A stretch of DNA of 52,510 nt, from positions 1-52,510 of the IMG/VR virus record IMGVR_UViG_3300033067_002302; one strand, given 5' to 3'. Made by a program: the position numbers and the translations under genes. This document shows, in pieces, positions 37,601 to 46,987 of this stretch (the first letter of the stretch is position 1; each line of letters starts with the position of its first letter). Source of the stretch: a virus. Taxonomy: Duplodnaviria > Caudoviricetes. The notes beneath the pieces were generated by a model. The model saw only the letters and a list, made by a program, of their open reading frames with translations. It was not told the DNA's origin and did no database searches.

Positions 37601-38586
37601 GCGGCGTCGCCCTTCACGCGTCGGTAGCACCGCTCGGCTTCGGGGAGGGCCTGGTCGGACTCCCACTCGGCCCACTTGATGCGCCCCTCGAACCCGGTCG
37701 TGGTGTCGAGCACCCAGACGGTCGTTGGGGTTCTCTTCGGGACGACCGAGAGCGGCGGGGCCCCCGCGCTCACACGCGGGGTGCCGCGACCAGGTTGCTC
37801 ATGATGGTCGACGTTCCCTGATCCCGGTGTGTGTTCCGTAAGGAACACACCGGGATCGGGATCGGGATCGGGGGGGGTGTTACTAACGCCGTTACCAACA
37901 GCGTTACTACCCCCCTTGTAACGCCGTGACGTGTTTTCGTAACGCTGTGACAGACCTTCGGAGGTTCCAGAGTCGTTGCCATCACTTGCGGCGTTCCGTC
38001 GGTCGTCTCCGCGACCTGTCACGCTGTTACCGACGCTGTTACCGATGCTGTTACGTGAAGCGTTACTCGGCGCCGCACTATTCTGGCCCTTGTAACGCCG
38101 TGACAACCCGGGTCGTGACGGCGTTACACCGCCCTCTGTCACGCCGTTACCACCGGCGTTACCACCTCCGTTACCGCCCCCGTTACCCCCCTTCCGCTGG
38201 TCGTCGCGGAGCTTGCGTTCGCGGTACTCGCGCACCCGCTCTCGGGTCGCCCTGCGCTTCGCGCCCACCTCTTCGGAGGTCGGCTGGTACTCCGACCAGT
38301 CGTGCATCGCGTAGCCCTCCGGGACGCGCTCCAGGAGGCCGACGGCCACGAGGGCGTCAGCGCACGCCACCGGGTCGGTCTCGCCTCTACGGAGGCGCCT
38401 GATGGCCACCACGTCGATCGTCCCGTCGGGGAGCGCTCCGCCCTGCGCGAGCTGCCTCGAGCACCACGTGCCGATGGCGAGCCACACGAGCACGCAGTCG
38501 GCGACCATGCGGGGCCCGTGCTCGCGCTCGAGCGCGTCGAGCTTCGCGTGCTCGCAGAACCCATCGTCCACCTTGAACCACGTCAC
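37597..38586 (-). CDS. replication initiator protein (lambda O-like role)
   Basis: WFKVDDGF..H.K ... Y.MHDW.EYQP ... R..R.R motifs; contains iteron-like repeats. Confidence 0.8.
   Translation of the reverse strand: MTWFKVDDGFCEHAKLDALEREHGPRMVADCVLVWLAIGTWCSRQLAQGGALPDGTIDVVAIRRLRRGETDPVACADALVAVGLLERVPEGYAMHDWSEYQPTSEEVGAKRRATRERVREYRERKLRDDQRKGGNGGGNGGGNAGGNGVTEGGVTPSRPGLSRRYKGQNSAAPSNASRNSIGNSVGNSVTGRGDDRRNAASDGNDSGTSEGLSQRYENTSRRYKGGSNAVGNGVSNTPPDPDPDPGVFLTEHTPGSGNVDHHEQPGRGTPRVSAGAPPLSVVPKRTPTTVWVLDTTTGFEGRIKWAEWESDQALPEAERCYRRVKGDAA
37879..38188. repeat. putative replication origin: clustered GTTAC/GTAAC/GTGAC iterons, often with 12-bp period
   Basis: Many copies of (C/T)GTTAC(C/T) in both orientations in a locally AT-richer stretch inside the initiator gene. 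Confidence 0.7.
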
Positions 38587-39962
38587 TCGCCACCTCCGTA
38601 GTCTCCGACCTCGTCGAGCTCCGCCTCGTCTGCGACGCGCAGCACGCCGTTGCTGTGCATGTCGCGGGTGAGGATCAACGGGGCCATGGATGGCCCGTAG
38701 TTCGACTTCGCGACGCTGAGCTCCCAGTAGTTGTCGACGACCTTCCGCTTTCGGTTCGTCGCGGGCCCGAGCGTGCACGACCAGCGAAAGCCGTCGTTGA
38801 AGGCGGTCACGCCGCGCGCGCTCGATGCGTCGAGCTTGCGACCGTCGCGCATGGTCTTGCTGGTGTGGTGAAGGGCGAGCACCGTGGGGCTGCCCGGCAC
38901 CTGCATGAGGGACTCGATGGTGCTCACGACGAGGGTTGCGATCTGGTTGTCTCGCTCTGCCTCGGGCGGCGAGAGACGTGCGATGGGGTCGATCACGACC
39001 AGCGCCCACTCGCGGTTCGCCGAGCGCAGGTAGCGGCGCAGCGCGCGCATGAAGTCGCTCTCGCGGAGGTTGCCGTCCTGGTCCGCCTCGAGGAGCGCCG
39101 AGCGCTTGCCCGCGCGGCACTGCAGCCAGATCATCGACGCGGCGCGATCGCGCTCCTCGCGCGTCAGGCCGAGAGCCTCGGCGGCGTAGTGCATGCGGCG
39201 GATGACCTCGTCGCGCTCCTCTTCGGCGAGTACGAGGGCGACCGGGCCTGGCTCGGGGATCGAGATGCTGTCGAGCCAGCGCCGGCCGGTTGCGACGCAG
39301 AGGGCCAGCTGGATAGCCAGGAACGTCTTGCCGACGCCTCCCGCCGACGCGAGCATCCCGGCGATCCCGCGAGGGAGCCACGGCAGCGACGTGCCGTTGG
39401 GCTGCTGCATGCGCAGGAGCCATCGCCGCGCGGGCGGAGAGACCCCGATGGGGTCCTCACCGAGGTCGCGCACCCATGTGCCGCCGGCAAGGGGGCCCTC
39501 GTCGAGCTCGGCGGCGAGGATGGCCTCGAGGTCGCTGGTCAGTGCGTGAGCGACCGCCGGATCGCCGGAGCGCAGCGCCGCGTCGTGCTTGCGGACCGTG
39601 TCGCGCACGAGACGAGTGCGATGGTCGCTCGCGATGATCTCGACGTAGCTACGCACCGCCGCGAGCGAGGGCGGCTCGCTCGTGAGCGAGAGCAGGTGGT
39701 TGTCGCCGACCTCGGCGTAGAGCTGGCGGTCGGTCAGCCAGCCACGGATGGTCACGCTGTCGACGGTGCCGCCCGCCGCGTGGATGTCGATCGCGGCCTC
39801 GAGCACGCGCCGGTTGCGACGGTCGTGGATGGCGGCGATGGCGGGCACATGCTGGTCGAGCACGCGCTGATCGCAGAGCACGCATGCGAGGTAGGCCCGC
39901 TCGGCGGAGAGCTTCTCCTTGCGGTGGTCGGCGAGCTCGATGGGCTTGGCGGCTGCGCTCAT
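38583..39962 (-). CDS. replicative helicase (DnaB N-terminal domain plus RepA/AAA_25-type ATPase)
   Basis: AERAYLACVL...VDSVTI; Walker A AGGVGKT; AEE; VVIDP; LHHTSK; ARG. Confidence 0.88.
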   Translation of the reverse strand: MSAAAKPIELADHRKEKLSAERAYLACVLCDQRVLDQHVPAIAAIHDRRNRRVLEAAIDIHAAGGTVDSVTIRGWLTDRQLYAEVGDNHLLSLTSEPPSLAAVRSYVEIIASDHRTRLVRDTVRKHDAALRSGDPAVAHALTSDLEAILAAELDEGPLAGGTWVRDLGEDPIGVSPPARRWLLRMQQPNGTSLPWLPRGIAGMLASAGGVGKTFLAIQLALCVATGRRWLDSISIPEPGPVALVLAEEERDEVIRRMHYAAEALGLTREERDRAASMIWLQCRAGKRSALLEADQDGNLRESDFMRALRRYLRSANREWALVVIDPIARLSPPEAERDNQIATLVVSTIESLMQVPGSPTVLALHHTSKTMRDGRKLDASSARGVTAFNDGFRWSCTLGPATNRKRKVVDNYWELSVAKSNYGPSMAPLILTRDMHSNGVLRVADEAELDEVGDYGGGE

Positions 39963-40591
39963 CGCGCACCTGCTCCTTCTGCGCCGAACGCGCGACGGAG
40001 GGCGTCGGCGGCGGGCGAGCGCATGGCCGTGAGCGCGACGCCCACGGCATCGGCCTCGCCCTCGCGCGCGGGCGCGTTCTTCGCGTCCGAGGTCCACCCG
40101 GTGATGCGCGTGACGCCCCGAGCCACGTCATCCTTCGACGCGCCCTTGCCGCCGCCGATCGTGACCTTCACCTCGTGGGCCTGGACGGTGATCACGGAGA
40201 CATCGACCGCGACGAGGAGCGCGCGCGTGAGCCCGTAGGACATGCCGAGGGCCTTGGCGGCGTTGGCGTGCTGCGAGCCCGCCGGCGCCTCGCATGCGAC
40301 GAGCGAGGGCTTGCGGGCGAGCACGTCCAGCAGGCCACGCGCCAGCTCATCGATGCGCGCGCCATCGCGATCGGCCTGGTAGACGTGCTTGGACGCGTTG
40401 TCGGGCTTCGTGCGCACACAGCCAGCGACGAGCACGCGCGGCTGCTCCTCGAGCGTCACGAGCGCGAAGCCGTAGGCGGTGAGCGACGGATCGAGACCGA
40501 GGATCGTCGGCACCTTGATGACCGGCGCGGCGATCTCGAGCGTGCGCTGTGCGGGCAGCGCGACGGGGGCGCGAGCGGGCGAGAGCGGCAT
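39959..40591 (-). CDS. ruvC: RuvC-like Holliday junction resolvase
   Basis: ILGLDPSLTAYG, ACE, VK..I.G.G.ASKDDV, EADAVGVA. Confidence 0.9.
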   Translation of the reverse strand: MPLSPARAPVALPAQRTLEIAAPVIKVPTILGLDPSLTAYGFALVTLEEQPRVLVAGCVRTKPDNASKHVYQADRDGARIDELARGLLDVLARKPSLVACEAPAGSQHANAAKALGMSYGLTRALLVAVDVSVITVQAHEVKVTIGGGKGASKDDVARGVTRITGWTSDAKNAPAREGEADAVGVALTAMRSPAADALRRAFGAEGAGAR

Positions 40592-40827
40592 CAGGCGGCC
40601 CTCCGGCGTCGGTTGTCGAAGTCGGCCATGATGCGGATGCAGCGGGCCAACTCCGCGCGCGTGAGTCGCGGCATCGCCGGCATCGGTTCGAGCTCGGCGG
40701 CCGCGCGCGCGACACGCACCTCGGCGGCGCCGGCGAGCTGCTCATCCCGCGTGCCGGTCGAGACGATCACGACGCGCCCGGCCGCGAACGCTTCGTCCTC
40801 CCAGCGCGGCTGGTGGTGGGGCTTCAA
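40591..40827 (-). CDS. hypothetical protein
   Basis: AAGGAG RBS, TTG coupled start. Confidence 0.55.
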   Translation of the reverse strand: MKPHHQPRWEDEAFAAGRVVIVSTGTRDEQLAGAAEVRVARAAAELEPMPAMPRLTRAELARCIRIMADFDNRRRRAA

Positions 40828-41126
40828 GCGCCCTCCTTGTCGAGCGGGAGCTGCTGCTGGTCGTGGGTGATGGGGACGAGGGCGGGCGTCGCGTTCTTCG
40901 CGCGCGTGAGCCCATCAATGACGGTCTGCAGCTCGCCGCGCTTGATGCCGACCGCGCGATCGCGAGCCCATCCGCGCATGGTCCGCACGAAGAGCGCCAC
41001 CGACGTGCGGTAGCGGACGCTGCCGTCGCTCTCGACGTAACGCTCGCGGATCACGCGGATTGAACGCTCGGCGGTGTCTTGCCGTGCGAACTCCTCGTGC
41101 GGAGCGGGATCGGGCCGGCCGCTCAC
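40824..41126 (-). CDS. hypothetical protein, weakly PC4-like ssDNA-binding
   Basis: Beta strands followed by W...AVGIKRGEL..VIDGL. Confidence 0.4.
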   Translation of the reverse strand: MSGRPDPAPHEEFARQDTAERSIRVIRERYVESDGSVRYRTSVALFVRTMRGWARDRAVGIKRGELQTVIDGLTRAKNATPALVPITHDQQQLPLDKEGA

Positions 41127-41782
41127 GTGCCCTCGACGATGAGCGCGAGGCCGCGCGGCGTGCGGATGGCGGAGATGACATTGTAACCGAGCAACGTGAG
41201 TGCGTCGGCGGGCGACGCGAGCGATGACGCATCGAGGCTCGGTGCCGGCGCCGGCGCACGTTCGAGTTCGGCGATCGTTGTGGCGATCTCGTCGAGCGAG
41301 GTCGTGGGCGCGCTCTCCTTCGCCGCGCGCTTCGCGTGCCCCTTCGGTTGCCGATCGCTGCGCGGCGAGGTGAGCGCGCGCTCGAGCGGCCATCCCTTGG
41401 TGAGCCGGAAGTGCAACGCCTGAGCGGTGATGCCGAGCTCCTCCGCCCACTGCGCGATGGTCGCCGTGCGCCCCTGGAACGTGATCGTCTTGTCCTTCGC
41501 TACCATGTCCCTATCCCCTTCCTTCGTGGCGCTCGGAGGCGCGCTGGTGCTCGACGCAGCGACGGCCGTGATCGGCGTGCCGTCCGGCCAGTGCCACGGC
41601 TCCTCACCGCGGCTGTGCGCACGACCGATCTCGCAGTTGGCGCAGGTGCGATCGTCGAGGCAGCGCTGGCCCCGCTTGTCGGGGCCCTTGGCCGCGAGGT
41701 GATGGCGCTTGCCGCACGCCGCGCGCGTGATGCGCACGTTCTTCGGCACGCACGCGAACATGACCGGAAGGGCGATCTTCAT
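41123..41782 (-). CDS. Cys-rich protein with HTH DNA-binding motif
   Basis: ITFQGRTATIAQWAEELGI...L.FRL.KGWPLERALT motif as found at C-termini of phage HNH proteins. Confidence 0.65.
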   Translation of the reverse strand: MKIALPVMFACVPKNVRITRAACGKRHHLAAKGPDKRGQRCLDDRTCANCEIGRAHSRGEEPWHWPDGTPITAVAASSTSAPPSATKEGDRDMVAKDKTITFQGRTATIAQWAEELGITAQALHFRLTKGWPLERALTSPRSDRQPKGHAKRAAKESAPTTSLDEIATTIAELERAPAPAPSLDASSLASPADALTLLGYNVISAIRTPRGLALIVEGT

Positions 41783-42441
41783 CGGTCGGCCCTCTTCGGC
41801 GGCACGTAGTAGCTCTGCCGCACGAGATCCTCTTCGCCGTCCTGGCGGGGCACGAGGCGCGGCACCACCTCGACAACGACGCAGTGCTCCTGCCCCGTCG
41901 ATCCGTCGGGCGAGAACGAGATGCGCGCGGGCACGTGCATCTCGCGCGTGCGCCGCATGTGCGCCCAACCGCTTTCCCAGCGACCCTTCGTCACGAGCCC
42001 GTCGAGCGAGATGATCCCGACCGCACGGGGCGCGAGCTCGATCGCGCGACGCAGAAAGTCGGTCTCGTGCTTCCCCGACCACGGCGGGTTGCCGATGGCG
42101 ATGTCGAACGTGCTCGTGCGCATCAGGGAGACGAGCGCGCGATCGAAGAAGTCGGCGCGGACGACCTCGCAGCGATCGCCGACACGTGCGCGCAGACGCT
42201 TCTCGATGCGGGGATCGATCTCGACGGCGACGACCGTCGCGCCCATACCGAGCGCCGCCAGCGTCAGCGAGCCGAGACCAGCGCCGAAGTCGATCACGCG
42301 CATGCCTGCGCGGATGCCGGCCCAGCGCACGACCGCTGCAGCGAACCGCGGATCGGTCCACCACTGATCGACCTCGCCACCGGGCGTGCTCACGGCATGC
42401 CGCTTGTCCACGCCGCGCACGATCTTGGCGGTGCTGCTCAT
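41779..42441 (-). CDS. SAM-dependent amino-methyltransferase (probable DNA N6-adenine MTase)
   Basis: QWWT, motif I DFGAGLG, VEID, DF, motif IV GNPPW. Confidence 0.85.
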   Translation of the reverse strand: MSSTAKIVRGVDKRHAVSTPGGEVDQWWTDPRFAAAVVRWAGIRAGMRVIDFGAGLGSLTLAALGMGATVVAVEIDPRIEKRLRARVGDRCEVVRADFFDRALVSLMRTSTFDIAIGNPPWSGKHETDFLRRAIELAPRAVGIISLDGLVTKGRWESGWAHMRRTREMHVPARISFSPDGSTGQEHCVVVEVVPRLVPRQDGEEDLVRQSYYVPPKRADR

Positions 42442-42707
42442 GCCGCCCTCCTCCTGTCGCTGCGACGCGTGCGGGTGCGCTCGAGCCGGAGCCCGCCGTC
42501 GGCCTCGCGGACGTAGAGGCAGACCGTCTCGCCACGGCGAAGCCAGCGACGATCGAGTAGGCGCTCTGCCGTCGCGATGGTGCGGACGTGCACGCGCCCG
42601 TCGATGGAGCTGTCGAGCACGGCGGAGCACGCGCGCAGACGCGGAGCCTCTTCGGCGCGCGCAGCGCGGCGCACGGTGAGATCGACGTGCGGTAGAGCGA
42701 GCGTCAT
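42438..42707 (-). CDS. hypothetical protein
   Basis: ATGA-coupled ORF with GGAGG RBS. Confidence 0.55.
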   Translation of the reverse strand: MTLALPHVDLTVRRAARAEEAPRLRACSAVLDSSIDGRVHVRTIATAERLLDRRWLRRGETVCLYVREADGGLRLERTRTRRSDRRRAA

Positions 42708-43000
42708 CGGTCGCCTCCCGAGCGGCGAGCGCGCGCTGAGCGCGCCTGCGCGAGGGATTCGCGATCGGCCGAGAGCTCGAGGATCTCGTGCATGACAGCG
42801 AACGCCGCGCCGTGGAGATAGACGGCGAGCAGGCGCCAGCGAGCGCCCATCGCATCGACGACACCGAGCTGCAGCGCGAGGTGGACGACGTGGGCTGCGC
42901 GAGCATCGGTCGAGCGCACCAGATCGAGCGCCGTGAAGATCGGACGCACCGACTTCGGCAGCTCGATCACGAAGAAGAAGCGACGCGCCTCGGTCGTCAC
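42704..43000 (-). CDS. hypothetical protein
   Basis: GTGA-coupled ORF with GGAGG RBS. Confidence 0.55.
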   Translation of the reverse strand: MTTEARRFFFVIELPKSVRPIFTALDLVRSTDARAAHVVHLALQLGVVDAMGARWRLLAVYLHGAAFAVMHEILELSADRESLAQARSARARRSGGDR

Positions 43001-43596
43001 GCGGCCTCCGGTGCGACGTTCTCGGCGCGCTCGATCACGAAGTTGATGCGGTCGACGGATGCCTCGATCGACGCGAGCAGATCCTCGATGCGTCGCTCGG
43101 TCTCGCTCCGCTGATCTTCGGGCACGTCTGGTTCGCCGACGCGCATCGGCGCGAAGGCCTCGCGCCCGGGGCCGGCGAGGCCGGACGAACCTTCACCGTT
43201 CGCGCGCGCAACGAGCGCAGCCACATCTTCCGCGTCGAAGCCCGCTGCGAGTAGGCCATCGATCAGCCGCGGAAGAGCACGCTGGACGATGCAGTGCACC
43301 GCCTGCCGCGTGATGCCGAGCTGCTCGCCGATCGCGCGGTAGCTCGCTCCATCCTGGTGCTGGCGAACGAAGAGACGCGCCGCCATGTCGCGCGCGTAGG
43401 GCGTCGTGCGGTCCACCGCAGCGCCCTGCCTCGACCATCGATGCGCCTCGCACGTGACGACCGCGCGATCGCGATGCGTGTACGTCGCGCCGCACACCGA
43501 GCACGAGCGCTCGATCCGCGCGAGGCCTGGCGCACGCACGCGCACCGACGACGTGGTGTCGCGCTCGGTCGGCGTGTGCTGAGCGCTCACCGTCAT
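42997..43596 (-). CDS. zinc finger plus sigma-70 region-4-like HTH protein
   Basis: CSVC...C..H; GASYRAIGEQLGITRQAVH.I..RAL.RL. Confidence 0.7.
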   Translation of the reverse strand: MTVSAQHTPTERDTTSSVRVRAPGLARIERSCSVCGATYTHRDRAVVTCEAHRWSRQGAAVDRTTPYARDMAARLFVRQHQDGASYRAIGEQLGITRQAVHCIVQRALPRLIDGLLAAGFDAEDVAALVARANGEGSSGLAGPGREAFAPMRVGEPDVPEDQRSETERRIEDLLASIEASVDRINFVIERAENVAPEAA

Positions 43597-44093
43597 CGAC
43601 GCACCGCCGGCATCACTGCGAGGCCACGCTCGGCGAGAGCCCGCTCGCGATGGGCGAGCAGCTCTTCGAGCTTGCGCATCAGCTCGCGGATCGACTTGAT
43701 GTCGGCGACGGCCTCATCCGGCGTCACGAAGCCGTCGGCCTCGCTCGCGCCGCACTGTGCGAGCACGTTGCCGAGGTGGGCGATCACCTCGCGCATCGTC
43801 GATTCGGCGCCAGCGTTCGGCGCTAGGCGCATCGCGTGGTGCGCGGCGCGCTCGGCCAGGTACGCGAGCTCCACCGCGGGCGGCAGAAGCTCGAGCCACG
43901 CGGCGCGCACGTGCTTGGCGCCGTCGAGTGCAGCACCGAGATCGTTCGTCGTGAGCCCGAGCGCGCGCGCCACGTCCACGAATCGCGCGTCGGCGCCCAT
44001 GATGAGGCGACGCAGACGTGGGCCGAACGCCTCCTCCGACTCCACGCGTGCGGCACGATGCGACCTGCTCAGAGGATCAAGGGTTCCCGTCAC
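43593..44093 (-). CDS. putative CII-like regulator
   Basis: HTH-like VARALGL; C-terminal ADGFVTPDEA resembles phage CII families; downstream of cro. Confidence 0.55.
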   Translation of the reverse strand: MTGTLDPLSRSHRAARVESEEAFGPRLRRLIMGADARFVDVARALGLTTNDLGAALDGAKHVRAAWLELLPPAVELAYLAERAAHHAMRLAPNAGAESTMREVIAHLGNVLAQCGASEADGFVTPDEAVADIKSIRELMRKLEELLAHRERALAERGLAVMPAVRR

Positions 44094-44245
44094 AGCGACC
44101 GCCTCTCCCCGCCCTCTTCGGGCGTGCCCATCTTCTCGATCGTGTCCTCGAGCTCCTTCACGGCCCTCAGCCCGCGCACGGTGGAGATCGCGACTCCGGC
44201 GAGCAGCACCAGGTGCGCGGCGATGACGATGTCGAGGGCGTCCAC
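44090..44245 (-). CDS. small membrane protein
   Basis: GGAGG RBS, GTG start, one hydrophobic helix. Confidence 0.5.
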   Translation of the reverse strand: MDALDIVIAAHLVLLAGVAISTVRGLRAVKELEDTIEKMGTPEEGGERRSL

Positions 44246-44246
44246 G

Positions 44247-44912
44247 TCAGTGCCCTCCGAGCGCGCCGAGCGCGCCAGACCGAGCCCCCGAGGCTCGCGG
44301 CAGCACCGTGCGCGGTCGTTCGACGTAGTAGATGTTCCGCGTGTCGCCGCAGTCGATCGGCGCGAGCGTCCGACCGAGCAACCGCGCGCGCTCCATGTCG
44401 TGCGCGTTGCCCCACCCGCGCGCAGCGCAGACGGCGGGCTCGGTGACGATGCGACGGCACTCCTCGAGGAGCGCGAGCCACGCGTCTCGGCGCGATGGGT
44501 GCGTGCCACGGTCGCGCGTCCAGCTCGCGCCGACCATGTGCGGCGGGGCGTTGCCGCTCGCGTCGAGCTCGAGGATCCACGGAGCGCGCCGCGTCGTGCC
44601 CGCGAAGAGATGGCGCCCGAAGCCCGCGCGGATGCTCGCGCCGCGGTTGAGCGCGACCGCGTAGATGGCGCGGCAGTCGTCAGGCGAATCCCAGCCCGCC
44701 TCATGGAGGCAAAGGCGCGCGAGCGCGAGCGCCTCTCGCTCGTCGGCAGCGTCAGCGTGCGCGAGCCCGCCGACGCACGAGCGGATGGAGACCGCGATGA
44801 TCACGGCGGCGAGCAGCACAACGTGCTCGCGGTCGTCCTCGTGCACGAAGAGGTTGATCAGCACGCATGCGAAGAGGCCGATCGCCAGGAAGGCCACCAT
44901 CGCGAGCGTCAC
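44247..44912 (-). CDS. membrane-anchored putative cell-wall hydrolase (SleB/Hydrolase_2-like)
   Basis: Two TM helices, then ALARLCLHEAG...AIYAVALNR. Confidence 0.5.
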   Translation of the reverse strand: MTLAMVAFLAIGLFACVLINLFVHEDDREHVVLLAAVIIAVSIRSCVGGLAHADAADEREALALARLCLHEAGWDSPDDCRAIYAVALNRGASIRAGFGRHLFAGTTRRAPWILELDASGNAPPHMVGASWTRDRGTHPSRRDAWLALLEECRRIVTEPAVCAARGWGNAHDMERARLLGRTLAPIDCGDTRNIYYVERPRTVLPRASGARSGALGALGGH

Positions 44913-45061
44913 AACGCACCGCCGATCACGCGCGCGACGAGGCGCGCGACGGCATCGATTCCGCGGCCGACCGCACGCACGAGCGCGACGAGCGCCTGCG
45001 TGATGAGGATGACGAAGCCCGCCGCGATGATCGCGGCGAGGAAGATCAGCAGCGAGGCCAT
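44909..45061 (-). CDS. small membrane protein (MASLLIFLAAII...)
   Basis: Translated by hand, 50 aa, coupled to the next gene. Confidence 0.55.
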   Translation of the reverse strand: MASLLIFLAAIIAAGFVILITQALVALVRAVGRGIDAVARLVARVIGGAL

Positions 45062-45065
45062 GGCG

Positions 45066-45332
45066 TCAGGTCCCCGTGGCGAGCGGAGCAGCCCCGTCGG
45101 CTTCTTCCGACGGCTGCTCGATGGGGGCCGCGACCACGGGCGGCGCCTCGCAGAGCTCGGCCACCGACACCTTTCCGCCCGTGGCGTCGCTGATGCGCTT
45201 GGCCACGTCGTACTCGTTCAGGCGGATGCCGTTCTTGGCGCGGATGAGGGTCTGGTATCCGACCCTCGCCTCCCGCTCGATCCGCTTCATCTCGCCGTGG
45301 GGGGACTGTGCAACGTACTCGGTGAACCTCAT
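45066..45332 (-). CDS. Cro-like repressor
   Basis: AKRISDATGGKVSVAEL motif of Cro/YdaS-like proteins; first gene of the leftward operon. Confidence 0.85.
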   Translation of the reverse strand: MRFTEYVAQSPHGEMKRIEREARVGYQTLIRAKNGIRLNEYDVAKRISDATGGKVSVAELCEAPPVVAAPIEQPSEEADGAAPLATGT

Positions 45333-45339
45333 GCGTAGC

Positions 45340-45368
45340 GGTATACCGTCAACGGTCTACGCTGTCAA
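45340..45368 (-). promoter_or_regulatory. sigma70-type promoter TTGACA-N17-TATACC for cro, overlapped by operator TATACCGTCAACGGTCTAC
   Basis: Consensus -35, 17-bp spacer; cro ATG lies 7 nt after -10 (likely leaderless). Confidence 0.75.
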
Positions 45369-45500
45369 CGAGGGTGCCTCTTGTACCTCTGACGGTGCAT
45401 TCACGGCGAGCGGTTCAGGGTCCACGCTCGCGGTCATGCCGAAGGAGCCGAAGGAGCCGCGCGCCGGCGCGAAGTCGCTCGAGCTCCCGACGAGGAAGCG

Positions 45501-46241
45501 GTGAAGGCTCGAGCCGCGGTCGTGGCGCTCGCGCTCGGCGGATGTTGTAGCGGGGCGCCAGTTCCGCCGACGACGGCGCCACCGCCCACCACACAGGACG
45601 CGTTCCCCACGGACGTGGCCAGCGCCGCACCGTTCCTGTCGCCGGATGATGCTCGTGATCTGCAGTGGCTCCTCGACCATCGTGACGACGTGGAGGTGCC
45701 GCTCTACGAGGCGGCCACGCGCGGAGCGACGAACGCTCAGGACGCACTGGTCAGCGAGTCCGCGTTCCATCACGCGCTCGCGATGACCAACATCGACGTG
45801 GAGATCGCGGCGATGCAGCGGCGACTCGACGCGCACGAGATCCCAGCCCGCTTCGAAGAAGACTTCCGCGCGTCCATCGCGTGGGCTCAGTCCGAGCGGT
45901 GCATGATCGATCATGAGCAAGCGATCGTTGATCGCTTCGGCCGACGCGCCCGACGCGAAGAGAGCGTGCTCGAATGGATCGAGCGAACGGATCCCGACAC
46001 TTCGTCGGTTCCGTACAGCGAGGCGTGCGAACCGCTCGTGAACGGGGCCGCGCGGTTGGTGTCGCCCATCACGATCGGCTGGGGATGGGCTGCGTCGATC
46101 GTCGCATGCCCGACCCGTCCCGATGCGCTCGACTTCAATCCGCGCATCGCGATGTGCTGCACACCCGATCGCATCACCGAGACCATCGCGCGCCACCGCC
46201 ACCTTGGACCGCGCACGCCTGATGACCACGTGTGCTTCTAG
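45501..46241 (+). CDS. putative lipoprotein (possible superinfection exclusion or accessory)
   Basis: MKARAAVVALALGG-C lipobox; located in the immunity region. Confidence 0.65.
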   Translation: MKARAAVVALALGGCCSGAPVPPTTAPPPTTQDAFPTDVASAAPFLSPDDARDLQWLLDHRDDVEVPLYEAATRGATNAQDALVSESAFHHALAMTNIDVEIAAMQRRLDAHEIPARFEEDFRASIAWAQSERCMIDHEQAIVDRFGRRARREESVLEWIERTDPDTSSVPYSEACEPLVNGAARLVSPITIGWGWAASIVACPTRPDALDFNPRIAMCCTPDRITETIARHRHLGPRTPDDHVCF

Positions 46242-46843
46242 GCGGCGAGCACGAGCACGCGGCGAAAATGTCCGTCGATGACGGGCCACGCACCCGTGAG
46301 AGCGTCTTCGCGCACCGGCGCGCCGCGCTCGAGCGCAGCATCGACGAGCGATCGCTCTCGCTCGATCGGCAGGCCCGGCGGTCCGGCGCGGTATCGGAAG
46401 CGGCCCTGGTCGTAGACCGAGAGAGCCGCCGAGCGGATGTCCACGATCCGGCGCGCGAGCAGCTCGGCGCTCGCGTAGATGTGCTTGCAGCGGAGCCGTT
46501 CGAGATCCCACCCATCGCGTAGCTCGCGGTCGAGAGCCCGTCGGGGCACGAGCAGCGCGGCGGCGAGGTAGTTCGCGGCGCGCTCGCTCTGTCGCAGGCC
46601 GAAGCGGTCGATGAGGATGTGGGCGAGCTCGTGGCAGATGGAACCGTGGATGCGGGCAACGCGGGCCTCGGCGCCCACGACGACCTGCATCCCGCGGCAC
46701 AGGTTCCGTCCCCGCGGCCCCCACCGCACCTCCACGCCCAGCAGCCCAGCCAGCTCGATCGCATCGACAGGCGGGTCGTCGAGCCCTGTTTCCCCAAGAA
46801 TATAGGCCGCAATCCCCTCAAGCTCCCTCACGTCCATGCCCAC
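46238..46843 (-). CDS. ImmA/IrrE family metallopeptidase
   Basis: PPVD..ELA, SICHELAH (HExxH), ERAANYLAAALLVP. Confidence 0.9.
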   Translation of the reverse strand: MGMDVRELEGIAAYILGETGLDDPPVDAIELAGLLGVEVRWGPRGRNLCRGMQVVVGAEARVARIHGSICHELAHILIDRFGLRQSERAANYLAAALLVPRRALDRELRDGWDLERLRCKHIYASAELLARRIVDIRSAALSVYDQGRFRYRAGPPGLPIERERSLVDAALERGAPVREDALTGAWPVIDGHFRRVLVLAA

Positions 46844-46908
46844 ACGGACGCGCCGCGCTCGCCGGACTGACGCCCCGAAAACGTGAGTCCACGCACAACG
46901 CCTGTCGA

Positions 46909-46944
46909 TATACCGTTGACGGTCTACCGAACGCCGTCTATTGT
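46909..46944 (+). promoter_or_regulatory. sigma70-type early promoter TTGACG-N17-TATTGT overlapped by operator TATACCGTTGACGGTCTAC
   Basis: Near-consensus hexamers with 17-bp spacer; operator matches the cro operator at 17/19 positions. Confidence 0.75.
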
Positions 46945-46987
46945 TCCCTCATCGACCTCGGGCGAGGGCGACGAAGGGACGGGCGGG

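Noticed and set aside
39959-40591. RuvC as effector nuclease (TnpB/Cas12-like) for the array system
   Set aside because: Short classical resolvase located in the replication module, 11 kb away on the other strand
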